From Candidatus Woesearchaeota archaeon (lineage in GTDB: Archaea; Nanobdellota; Nanobdellia; SCGC-AAA011-G17; GW2011-AR18): 62,406 nt of DNA. Below are positions 19,408 to 27,079 of this stretch, piece after piece. The DNA is taken from assembly GCA_016179945.1 (NCBI GenBank), contig JACPCE010000003.1:1-62406 (forward strand), read 5' to 3'. Position 1 is the first letter of the stretch. Each line of letters begins with the position of its first letter. A model generated the notes under the pieces. The model did not search any database and had not been told where the DNA came from. It worked only from the letters and a program-made list of their open reading frames with translations. Both the position numbers and the translations under genes were made by a program.

Positions 19408-20535
19408 ATGAAGGTTTTGGAAACTTTATATTTTAAAGAGAATCATGAGTTAACAAGAAGAGTATGGGATACTTTTATTTTCTTAAATCCAAAACTTCCA
19501 TTTTTAAAAACAGGTATAATTAAAAAAGCTATAGAAGAGAAAGATAGAACCTATCCAACAAAGGCCTTTAAATTTAAATTATATCCTGATGAAACTGATG
19601 ATAATTTTACAAGAAAATTTACATTAAGTATGAACCATGGAATAAGAGCAATTAATAGTTTAATAACTTTATATTTAAACGAAACACTTGGGGGAGATTT
19701 TAGACTGCAAGAAGTTCAGCAAAGAGATCTTTTTGATTTTTTGAGAGCTGCTTTAGAAAATAAAAATAGAGCAACAAATAAAGGAGGAAAAATAGTTAAT
19801 CCAGAATTAATAGCTGAAGCTTATTCATCAATGAGAGCTATAGATTTAGGCTACAGGGTTTGTACAGTAGATCAATGTTCTGAAGTTCTGAATTCTCTTA
19901 GATATATTGATGAAATAGTAAAAAAGTTAGAGGGAATATTAGGATTTAAAGAGGGAGGGGTTGAGAGTTATTTAGAAGGGATAGTAAGCGAATGGAATAC
20001 AGATTCAGGAGTTGTGGTTTATTCTAAAGAGAAAACACCTATGCCAAAAAGACTAAAATATCTCGCTCTAGATAATTCGCCCAAGTACTCATCAATATTA
20101 ATGAAGATGTATAGAAAGGGATTATATCCAAACCAGATGAGGGACTATGTCGGGGTTGAAGTTATTGTTAGAGATAACGAAGAAAGAGATAGATTAATAG
20201 AATATATTAGAAGAAATACAAGCCCTACTCATGTGCTAGAAGATTATACAGACTTATCTAAAGGTCAAGGAAGTTCTGCTTCTGGAGCAGGTTATGGTAT
20301 GAAAAAATTTGTATTGCGTGTTCCAGTAAAAATGGCGTATAAAATACCTATTAAAATTCCTAGAACATTAGCATATGAATCTGTGCCTGTTGAATTTCAA
20401 GTTTTAACATTAGAAGATCACAAACAAAGAATATATATTTCAGAAGCAAGTCATTTTGAATATAAGAGAAGGCAATTTATGGAGTTATTCCCTGTCTTAT
20501 TTCCAAAACAAATTTATGCATCTTTGTTAGCTTAG
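19408..20535 (+). CDS. Divergent RelA/SpoT-like nucleotidyltransferase-domain protein
   Basis: The C-terminal half carries, in order, DYVGVEVIV, GYGMKKFVLRV, VPVEFQVLTLEDH and ASHFEYKRR. These parallel the DxxGxRxI, GYxSxH, ExQxRT and HxxYK blocks of RelA/SpoT synthetase domains, with substitutions. Confidence 0.45.
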   Translation: MKVLETLYFKENHELTRRVWDTFIFLNPKLPFLKTGIIKKAIEEKDRTYPTKAFKFKLYPDETDDNFTRKFTLSMNHGIRAINSLITLYLNETLGGDFRLQEVQQRDLFDFLRAALENKNRATNKGGKIVNPELIAEAYSSMRAIDLGYRVCTVDQCSEVLNSLRYIDEIVKKLEGILGFKEGGVESYLEGIVSEWNTDSGVVVYSKEKTPMPKRLKYLALDNSPKYSSILMKMYRKGLYPNQMRDYVGVEVIVRDNEERDRLIEYIRRNTSPTHVLEDYTDLSKGQGSSASGAGYGMKKFVLRVPVKMAYKIPIKIPRTLAYESVPVEFQVLTLEDHKQRIYISEASHFEYKRRQFMELFPVLFPKQIYASLLA

Positions 20536-20569
20536 AAACCTTAATTATATTAAAGTATTTACAATTATT

Positions 20570-20893
20570 ATGGATGAATTTACAATATTACCAAAGGAAT
20601 TAAAAAAGAAATTAGATTCAAATGAAGATTTGTTTTTATTAGATGTAAGAAATCCAAACGAGCACGAAATAGCAAAATTACAAAACTCCAAATTAATCCC
20701 ACTAAATGAACTAAAATCAAAATTGCATGAAATTCCAAAAGATAAAGAAATAATTGTTTACTGCCATCATGGAAACAGGAGCAGAGAAGCATTAAAAATT
20801 TTAAAAGAAAACGGTTTTCATAATGTCAAAAGCTTAGTTGGCGGAATTGATGTGTGGTCAAGATTTATAGATTCTTCTATACTGCAGTATTAA
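20570..20893 (+). CDS. Rhodanese-domain sulfurtransferase
   Basis: Active-site loop VYCHHGNRS and the typical LLDVRNPNEH entry. Confidence 0.85.
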   Translation: MDEFTILPKELKKKLDSNEDLFLLDVRNPNEHEIAKLQNSKLIPLNELKSKLHEIPKDKEIIVYCHHGNRSREALKILKENGFHNVKSLVGGIDVWSRFIDSSILQY

Positions 20894-20949
20894 ATTATAA
20901 AATATTAAGAAAATTTCCAATACTACACACTCAAAAGTTTACCAAAAGA

Positions 20950-20957
20950 TTTAAAAA
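20950..20957 (+). promoter_or_regulatory. TATA-box-like element upstream of 5S rRNA
   Basis: TTTAAAAA centred about 28 nt upstream of the 5S 5' end. Confidence 0.4.
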
Positions 20958-20980
20958 GAATTTCTAATTGCTTAATTATA

Positions 20981-21116
20981 GGCGGCCATAGTGGCTTGGT
21001 TCCATCCGATCCCATATGTTTGACAAAAAAACAGGGTTGTTCGAACTCGGAAATTAAGCAAGCCCGCGTTCCGTATTGTACTGCGCTCAGCGCGGGAAGT
21101 GCGGTTAGCTGCCACC
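20981..21116 (+). rRNA. rrf: 5S ribosomal RNA with a ~23-24-nt insertion in the helix III / loop C region
   Basis: GGCGGCCATAG...TTCGAACTCGGAAATTAAGCAAGCC...GGGAAGTGCGGTTAGCTGCCACC matches archaeal 5S landmarks. Helix I pairs GGCGGC/GCUGCC, helix II GGCUUG/CAAGCC and helix III UCCGA/UCGGA. There is extra sequence between CCCAU and UUCGAAC. Confidence 0.8.
21016..21038 (+). other. Candidate mini-intron or expansion hairpin inside 5S rRNA
   Basis: CCC(21011-13)/GGG(21034-36) helix, AUA bulge, UGUUU-GACAAAA-AAACA hairpin, UUG bulge. The arrangement is BHB-like. Confidence 0.35.
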
Positions 21117-21128
21117 TTTATTTTTCAA

Positions 21129-21644
21129 CTAAAATTCTTTCAGCTTCTCTTTGAAGAATAAATAACCAATCCATAAAACACCCAATCCCATATCAAATAT
21201 AGCAGAATTTAATTTATAATTAATTTGTTCATAAGTTAAAGTAGTCCAGATATAATTGTTAACATATCCAAAAAACCAAAATCTAGAAGTTAAAGGCCAC
21301 AATAAAGGAATTCCAGGATAGCCTAAAACCATATCTGCAATTATATGGGATAAAATACCAAATGAAAAAAACAACCCATACCTTTCACCATTAAGTCTCC
21401 TATCTATAACAATACAAACAAAATAGATTAATAAAAAACCAGCAAAAGCCATGAATAAACTGTGTGTAAAGGTTCTATGTATGTTTGTTCCAAATACCCA
21501 TCCAGCTATAAAATCTATATCAGGAAATAAAGCTCCAAACAAAAGCAAAAACCATTCTGGCCTTTTTATTTCAAATATTCTCGTCTTTACTAAGATCTTA
21601 CCTATCAGCCAGGCAAATACTAAATGTCCAAATGCAAATGGCAT
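21129..21644 (-). CDS. Membrane-bound metal-dependent hydrolase (YdjM/DUF457-like)
   Basis: MPFAFGHLVFAW..., FPDIDF and HRTFTHSL motifs. Polytopic. Confidence 0.6.
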   Translation of the reverse strand: MPFAFGHLVFAWLIGKILVKTRIFEIKRPEWFLLLFGALFPDIDFIAGWVFGTNIHRTFTHSLFMAFAGFLLIYFVCIVIDRRLNGERYGLFFSFGILSHIIADMVLGYPGIPLLWPLTSRFWFFGYVNNYIWTTLTYEQINYKLNSAIFDMGLGVLWIGYLFFKEKLKEF

Positions 21645-21695
21645 AGTTTTACAGAAAAAAGCAACAGTTATAAAAAACATGCTATTTGTATATTC

Positions 21696-21986
21696 ATGAA
21701 AAGATTAAACAAAAACAAACTTAAACAAATAGCCTTGGAAAGAATTAATATATTATTTCAAGAGGCTAAATCAAATCCATCAAAAGCAAATAGGTATGTA
21801 GAAATCGCTAGAAAAATAGGTATGAAAGTAAACATACCCATACCAAAGGAATACAAAAGAAGATACTGCAAACACTGCAATAATTATTTTCAATCAGGAA
21901 ATTACAGGGTAAGAACCAGAAACAAAATGGTTGTTTATTATTGTTTAAACTGTAAGAAATATATGAAATTTAAAATTAATTTTTAA
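21696..21986 (+). CDS. rnp4: RNase P protein component 4 (Rpp21/Rpr2 family)
   Basis: ALERINILFQEA...ANRYVEIARKI...YCKHCNNYF...RVRTR...YYCLNCKKY has the Rpr2 helical and zinc-ribbon layout. The start is taken at MKRLNKNK. Confidence 0.75.
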   Translation: MKRLNKNKLKQIALERINILFQEAKSNPSKANRYVEIARKIGMKVNIPIPKEYKRRYCKHCNNYFQSGNYRVRTRNKMVVYYCLNCKKYMKFKINF

Positions 21987-22176
21987 CACCAAGCCTAGCA
22001 GGCATTGCAATCCAAAAAATTATATACAAAATAATTCCAAATCCAATGCTGAATAAAGTGAATACTATCCAGATTAGCCTGACAATAGTGGAATCTATTT
22101 CAAAGTATTCTGCAATTCCTCCGCAAACACCTCCAAATTTCTTGTCTTTTTCAGATAAGTATAATTTTTTAACCAT
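21976..22176 (-). CDS. PspC-domain membrane protein
   Basis: LYLSEKDKKFGGVCGGIAEYFEIDSTIVRLIW followed by a TM helix. Confidence 0.7.
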   Translation of the reverse strand: MVKKLYLSEKDKKFGGVCGGIAEYFEIDSTIVRLIWIVFTLFSIGFGIILYIIFWIAMPARLGVKN

Positions 22177-22211
22177 AGGAATTTATAAAAAGTTTTTATA
22201 TTTAAATTATT

Positions 22212-22484
22212 CTAAAAGCCAAATGAGTCAGTGAATTCCTTGATTTTTCTGTAATCATCAAGAAATTTAATACCATCTTTTGTTATAATGTAAAATTTAT
22301 TTCCCTTTTCAAATTGCTCCCTGACCATATCCTTAGAAAATAATTCAGTTAAATAAATCTGCATCTTTGTATGTGATAGGTTTGATTTGTAAAGTAAATG
22401 TGTTGGTTTGATTCTACCGCCTTTCTCATGAATAGAAATAAGCATATCATATATTATCCTTAATTTGTCTCTTCTTTCATTCAT
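22212..22484 (-). CDS. Small winged-helix DNA-binding protein
   Basis: KLRIIYDMLISIHEKGGRIKPTHLLYKSNLSHTKMQIYLTEL has a wHTH layout. Confidence 0.5.
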   Translation of the reverse strand: MNERRDKLRIIYDMLISIHEKGGRIKPTHLLYKSNLSHTKMQIYLTELFSKDMVREQFEKGNKFYIITKDGIKFLDDYRKIKEFTDSFGF

Positions 22485-23176
22485 TTCCTTAGCACCAAGA
22501 TCAAATTACCAAGTAAAATAATATACGCCAATAGACTTATAAATTGACCGGCTATATATAACCCAAATATTTGATAAGCACTCATTCCAATAAATATTAA
22601 ATTAGATATGGCCAATAATAAAAAGGAAAAGAAAACCAAGTAAGGGCTCTTGCTCTTTTTTTCTTTATAATTATCATAAGCATAAGGAACCATATAGACA
22701 ACAAGCAGTACAAAAGAAAAGAAATAAAAAAAGGTCAAAGACCAAGCTTGTTTAACTAAGATTGCACACAATAAAGCAATTAAAAGTAATGAAAGTATAA
22801 CTCTTTTATTTCTTACATTTGAAGCAAGGCATGATAAAATAATATAACCACCTAATATAAAAAAAGTATGCGATATTAAACCTAAAGTATAAAAATAACT
22901 CGGCTTAATAATAAATAAAAAATTCGAAATTTTTTCAAATAAACCATAATCAATTATTGCAAAATTGCTCACGGCACCAGCAAGAAATCCAGCAGTCATG
23001 GAAAGAAAAGCTGCTGCTAGATATTTGTAATTTGTATTAGAAGACATTTTATATACTTTATAACTATAAAAAGAAATTCCGAAAGTTATAAGCATAGATA
23101 TAATATAGAAAATTAATTCAATTGAAATAAACCAGAAAGGCCTGAATAATATATCATTTATTGCAGCCATAGTCAA
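22481..23176 (-). CDS. Polytopic membrane protein, unknown function
   Basis: About seven hydrophobic helices. Its stop overlaps the downstream wHTH gene start. Confidence 0.45.
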   Translation of the reverse strand: MTMAAINDILFRPFWFISIELIFYIISMLITFGISFYSYKVYKMSSNTNYKYLAAAFLSMTAGFLAGAVSNFAIIDYGLFEKISNFLFIIKPSYFYTLGLISHTFFILGGYIILSCLASNVRNKRVILSLLLIALLCAILVKQAWSLTFFYFFSFVLLVVYMVPYAYDNYKEKKSKSPYLVFFSFLLLAISNLIFIGMSAYQIFGLYIAGQFISLLAYIILLGNLILVLRK

Positions 23177-23361
23177 ATATCAAGAATTTGATTTATAAAG
23201 TTTGTGAATCAAGATTCTGGATTAAGTTTACATAACCTATTTATTAATGGTTTAATATATAATTAGTAGAAATCGTAATAAATCAAAACCCAAAACAAAA
23301 GAGGAGATCTGATGATCTCTTCTTATTATACTCCAAGTGTTTTATGAATAAATAAAAGGAG

Positions 23362-23490
23362 GTGATATATATTCTTCAAACAAAAGAAAAGACAATATAC
23401 AGCAATGAAACTGTTGATGATTTTTTAGACGAAGACGAAATATCAATTGAAGAAGCAGGATTTATGGAGGGATATAATATTACATATTAA
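23362..23490 (+). CDS. Small acidic ORF with a C-terminal EEAGFMEGYN motif (start uncertain)
   Basis: Reads ...TIYSNETVDDFLDEDEISIEEAGFMEGYNITY. The only possible start is a GTG abutting AAAGGAGG. It shares a motif with ORF 55551-55682. Confidence 0.25.
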   Translation: MIYILQTKEKTIYSNETVDDFLDEDEISIEEAGFMEGYNITY

Positions 23491-23930
23491 AACCACCTAA
23501 ATAAAGAATTATTATTTATCTTTCTTGGTTTAAATTCTTTTTTTACAATTTCTCTCCATTCATTCTTGACCCACTTTCTCTCAAGTTTAATTAATTCAGT
23601 AAAACCTCTTTTTTTCAGATCTTTGTTTACAATACCGCCTTTATGCGGGTGTTTAAACAGTTTTGGCAAAGGGCTGTTAAATCCGTGGCTGTAATGTACT
23701 AATTCATGTGCAATTGTAAGATTTATTATAAAGTCAGGAATATTATCATCTTTAAAATACCCATTTATAACAATTTCACTGTCGCCATTATTTAGTTTTT
23801 TAATATGTCCAAACTTATTTTTCCATTTCCCTTTGAACATAATATTAATATTGTTCTTCTTTTCTATGTCTGAAAATGCATTTATCCATATCTCCTCAAG
23901 CTTTACTCTTAAATATTCATTATTTCTCAT
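23487..23930 (-). CDS. HExxH zinc metallopeptidase-like protein (SprT/DUF45-like)
   Basis: LTIAHELVHYSHGF motif. 147 aa. Last gene downstream of the surface-protein operon. Confidence 0.5.
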   Translation of the reverse strand: MRNNEYLRVKLEEIWINAFSDIEKKNNINIMFKGKWKNKFGHIKKLNNGDSEIVINGYFKDDNIPDFIINLTIAHELVHYSHGFNSPLPKLFKHPHKGGIVNKDLKKRGFTELIKLERKWVKNEWREIVKKEFKPRKINNNSLFRWF

Positions 23931-23978
23931 AAAAAAATACTACTAAAAGTATTTTATTAATTTAACTCATTTAAAGAA

Positions 23979-25505
23979 TTATAGTTTGGATCTATTAGGC
24001 AGTTCAATTTTGTATACAAATTCCCTAAGCTTTCTCATTGAACTATCATAGTATTCCTTGCTTATATTTCCAGAAGCATAATTGTCTCTTAACATAATAG
24101 CTCTTCTTGCAATCTGCGACCTAATGTTTGATTGAAGATTGTTTTCAGAGGAAATGCTGTTTTGTGTATTTTTTACAATACCAAGCTGCCTTTCTTTATA
24201 AGTTTTAATCCCTAAATCAAAAAATTGCTCCAATTTTTTTAACTTTTTCATTTGTGAGCTTTCTACAAAAAATATTACCAATAATAATATTATAAATAAA
24301 ACATAAATCATAAAATTTTTATTAAGATAACTAAAAAAATCCTGTTTCGATTTTACATAAAATACATCAGAAGCACTGCTTACAACATTCCCGCTTGAAA
24401 CCTTTATATAAAGCAAGTAAGTTCCATCTTTAATGTAGTCAGGTAATTTGATTGTTTTAATATAATTAATTTGCATTTCAAATATTCTTGCTTCACTTTC
24501 TTCTATAATTTGATTATTTTCTAAATCCCTAATATAATAAGTGATATTTACATCTGTCTGCCCAGTTATCGTCTTTATATTTGTTATCGTTGTTTCAAAT
24601 ATTAATTTACTGCCAGAGCTTAGGGTGTTGTTAAAAATTTTTAAAACAACATCAAATAAAGGTTCTGGTGATGAGACCTCAAGAATAAAAGGAATTTGTT
24701 TAACTTCATCCAGATAGCTGATTTTTATTTTTTCAGTATATAATTCAGGTTTTAGATTTTTGTCTGTACGTATTGCAATTTTATATTCTTTAATTTCACC
24801 AGGTTCAATTTCAAATTCTTCTTTAAATAATCCAGAAGTGGAGATGAATTTGGCTACATTAGTTAGATCTATTTTAATTTTAATCGTTTCTTTGCCATTG
24901 TTTGTAAATATAATATAATGATCTACTGTACCGCCTGCAAAAGTTTTTAATTTAATTACTTTATCACTTATAGATATTGGATCAGGAACTTCTTTAATAG
25001 TGGGTGTTACTGGTAATGCTGCAACAGCACCCCTGCCACCCCCACCACTTCCACCAGAAATTGCTGATTGACTTGGAGCAGGAGCTTGAGTAGATACAGT
25101 AAATACAACTTGATTTGAATCATTAACTAAGCCAACACTGTCATTTGCATAAAGTCTTAATGTATGTATTCCATCGCTTGCAGTAAAAGTTATATTATCT
25201 GTAATTGTAATATTTGCTCCACTATCTAAATTATACCATATTGTACCTATAGAAGAGAAAGAATCATTTATAGAAAAATTAAGAAGTATTGTCGTTGTTG
25301 TATAAGTAATATTTTCTGGCAATGATAAAACAAGTGAAGGCGGCATAGTATCCACATTAATTGATACAGATAAAGAAGAGTAAGTAGCTTTAGAATGATA
25401 ATTTGGATCTTCTTTCAACCCAGTTAATAAAAAAACTAAAAATAAAAAAATAACTACAGAAAATATTAGTATTTTAGAGTTGTAATTAAAGTTACCATTG
25501 CCCAT
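23979..25505 (-). CDS. Membrane-anchored surface protein with Ig/CARDB-like beta-sandwich repeats
   Basis: N-terminal TM helix, many NxS/T sequons, a SGGSGGGGRG linker, a C-proximal TM helix and a charged cytoplasmic tail. Confidence 0.6.
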   Translation of the reverse strand: MGNGNFNYNSKILIFSVVIFLFLVFLLTGLKEDPNYHSKATYSSLSVSINVDTMPPSLVLSLPENITYTTTTILLNFSINDSFSSIGTIWYNLDSGANITITDNITFTASDGIHTLRLYANDSVGLVNDSNQVVFTVSTQAPAPSQSAISGGSGGGGRGAVAALPVTPTIKEVPDPISISDKVIKLKTFAGGTVDHYIIFTNNGKETIKIKIDLTNVAKFISTSGLFKEEFEIEPGEIKEYKIAIRTDKNLKPELYTEKIKISYLDEVKQIPFILEVSSPEPLFDVVLKIFNNTLSSGSKLIFETTITNIKTITGQTDVNITYYIRDLENNQIIEESEARIFEMQINYIKTIKLPDYIKDGTYLLYIKVSSGNVVSSASDVFYVKSKQDFFSYLNKNFMIYVLFIILLLVIFFVESSQMKKLKKLEQFFDLGIKTYKERQLGIVKNTQNSISSENNLQSNIRSQIARRAIMLRDNYASGNISKEYYDSSMRKLREFVYKIELPNRSKL

Positions 25506-26095
25506 TATTGTTCATCTGAAGAGCCTCTTTTTTTATACCACAGCATTGCAATTATTATTAAAACAATTATTATTAAAACAAGTAAGTACGTTTTGTTAAA
25601 TTCACGTTCTTCTTTTTTTGCAGGAGGTGTTAAGTCTAATGGTTTTGGTTGTGGTGAACCTCCAAGAATAACCAAAGGTATAGTCTGTTTTATTCCAGAT
25701 CCAAGTTGGACAACACTAGAGCTACTAGGAGGTATTGTTTCAACTAAAATTCCCAATGTATAATTTACATCAGTTGCATTTAATGGTACAGAAACTTTAA
25801 GGTTAATTTTAACATCAGACTTTCCAAAAGGAACAAAATATTCTGTAATATTATCAGTTATTTGTATAAATTGATGTCCAGAAACTACTTTTGCTCTTGC
25901 TTTAATATCTTCATTGCCAATCATATTTTGTAGTAATAAATTAAACTCCACAGTTTGGCCTGGAGCCATTACTAAAGGATTAGTATCCCAATAAGGAGTA
26001 GTAACTCCAAAACCATAAACTATCGGTAGCAAACAAATTACTAAAATTATCAATATTACTAACTTTACAAATTTTATGCTATTTGTAGTGTCCAT
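25505..26095 (-). CDS. Small surface protein with N-terminal signal/TM and C-terminal TM anchor
   Basis: Beta-rich ectodomain, a PQPKPLDLTPP linker, and a C-terminal TM helix followed by KKRGSSDEQ. Confidence 0.55.
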   Translation of the reverse strand: MDTTNSIKFVKLVILIILVICLLPIVYGFGVTTPYWDTNPLVMAPGQTVEFNLLLQNMIGNEDIKARAKVVSGHQFIQITDNITEYFVPFGKSDVKINLKVSVPLNATDVNYTLGILVETIPPSSSSVVQLGSGIKQTIPLVILGGSPQPKPLDLTPPAKKEEREFNKTYLLVLIIIVLIIIAMLWYKKRGSSDEQ

Positions 26096-27015
26096 GATCC
26101 ACCTCTAAATGTTGAATAAGATTGTTGTGTTAAACCTGTCATTACTCGAGTTAAACAGAAGTATAATTGCTCTTGTCCAGTAGCACCGTTATTTATACTG
26201 AAGTTTCCTCTTGCCATACTAGAACCAGAAACGTTCATATAAGTATTATTTCTTAAATCTATACCTGAAGTTGCATTAAAATCGCATTCAAGAAGAGGAG
26301 AACCCCCTGCTACCTGATCAACAGTAAAGTTTGAAACATTGATAAATGTTGTTGCATTTGATTCACCCATTAAATTTATTGAATTAATACTAATATTGCT
26401 TGCAAGAACATTTGCATTTCCTGTATTATTCATTAATATAGGATCGTTGCTTGCTGTTATATTTGCACTGCCTATACTAACACTAGGCCATGTTAAAGCA
26501 CTAGGAGCCATGACAAATGCTATAGTAGAACTTAATGTAAAACTGATAGTTCCATTTGAACCATTTGCTCCAGAGCTATCTGTAACATTAGCACTTGCGC
26601 TCCATGTTCCAGGACCATCAAACCAGTAAAGTGGAACAGTGCACCTGAATACTCTTGCTGTAGAATTAATGTCAAACAGATTCTGACATGTTGCGTTATA
26701 TCTGTCAGTTTCTCCTGTTCTGTTAAGATGGCCTTGAACTGCAGTCAAAGTTCCTGCACCATCAGGATCTGCAGCAACATAATCAAAACTTACATTTGTA
26801 ATTCCAGCCTCTGTAATACTCTGTGCAGCAATGGTTGTAACATTTATAACAATAGGAGCTGTATTAGCAATTGTAATATTTACAGTGGTTGTCTGCGTAG
26901 TAGCCCTTCCAGTGATAAAATCAAAAAAATTAAAATCAAAGAAGCCAGCTGACACAATTGGAATAATTAACAAAACTGTTAATATGAAAATAAAAAACAC
27001 CAACCTTTTTTCCAT
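26074..27015 (-). CDS. Secreted sequon-rich surface protein, paralogous to the C-terminal module of the 1146-aa protein
   Basis: Signal peptide ...PIVSA. About 18 NxS/T sequons. Long collinear identity with residues ~865-1146 of the upstream giant protein, including the C-terminus QEQLYFCL...SYSTFRGGSWT. Confidence 0.65.
   Translation of the reverse strand: MEKRLVFFIFILTVLLIIPIVSAGFFDFNFFDFITGRATTQTTTVNITIANTAPIVINVTTIAAQSITEAGITNVSFDYVAADPDGAGTLTAVQGHLNRTGETDRYNATCQNLFDINSTARVFRCTVPLYWFDGPGTWSASANVTDSSGANGSNGTISFTLSSTIAFVMAPSALTWPSVSIGSANITASNDPILMNNTGNANVLASNISINSINLMGESNATTFINVSNFTVDQVAGGSPLLECDFNATSGIDLRNNTYMNVSGSSMARGNFSINNGATGQEQLYFCLTRVMTGLTQQSYSTFRGGSWTLQIA
26592..26853. repeat. Copy A of a ~260-bp segment shared by two adjacent surface-protein genes
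   Basis: High nucleotide identity by eye (roughly 85 percent) with 27586-27845, for example CCAGTAAAGTGGAACAGT.CACCTG.ATACTCTTGCTGT and CTGTTCTGTTAAGATGGCCTTGA. Confidence 0.7.
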
Positions 27016-27079
27016 AAAGTTTATACCTTAAATTAATTTATAAATGTTACTGAAGTTGAAAAATATCAATGAAATATAT

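Noticed and set aside
23312-23347. 11-codon mini-ORF (MISSYYTPSVL) with a strong GAGGAG upstream, possibly a leader peptide
   Set aside because: It is too short to evaluate. No attenuator-like alternative structures were evident downstream. It is mentioned only as context for the small acidic ORF.
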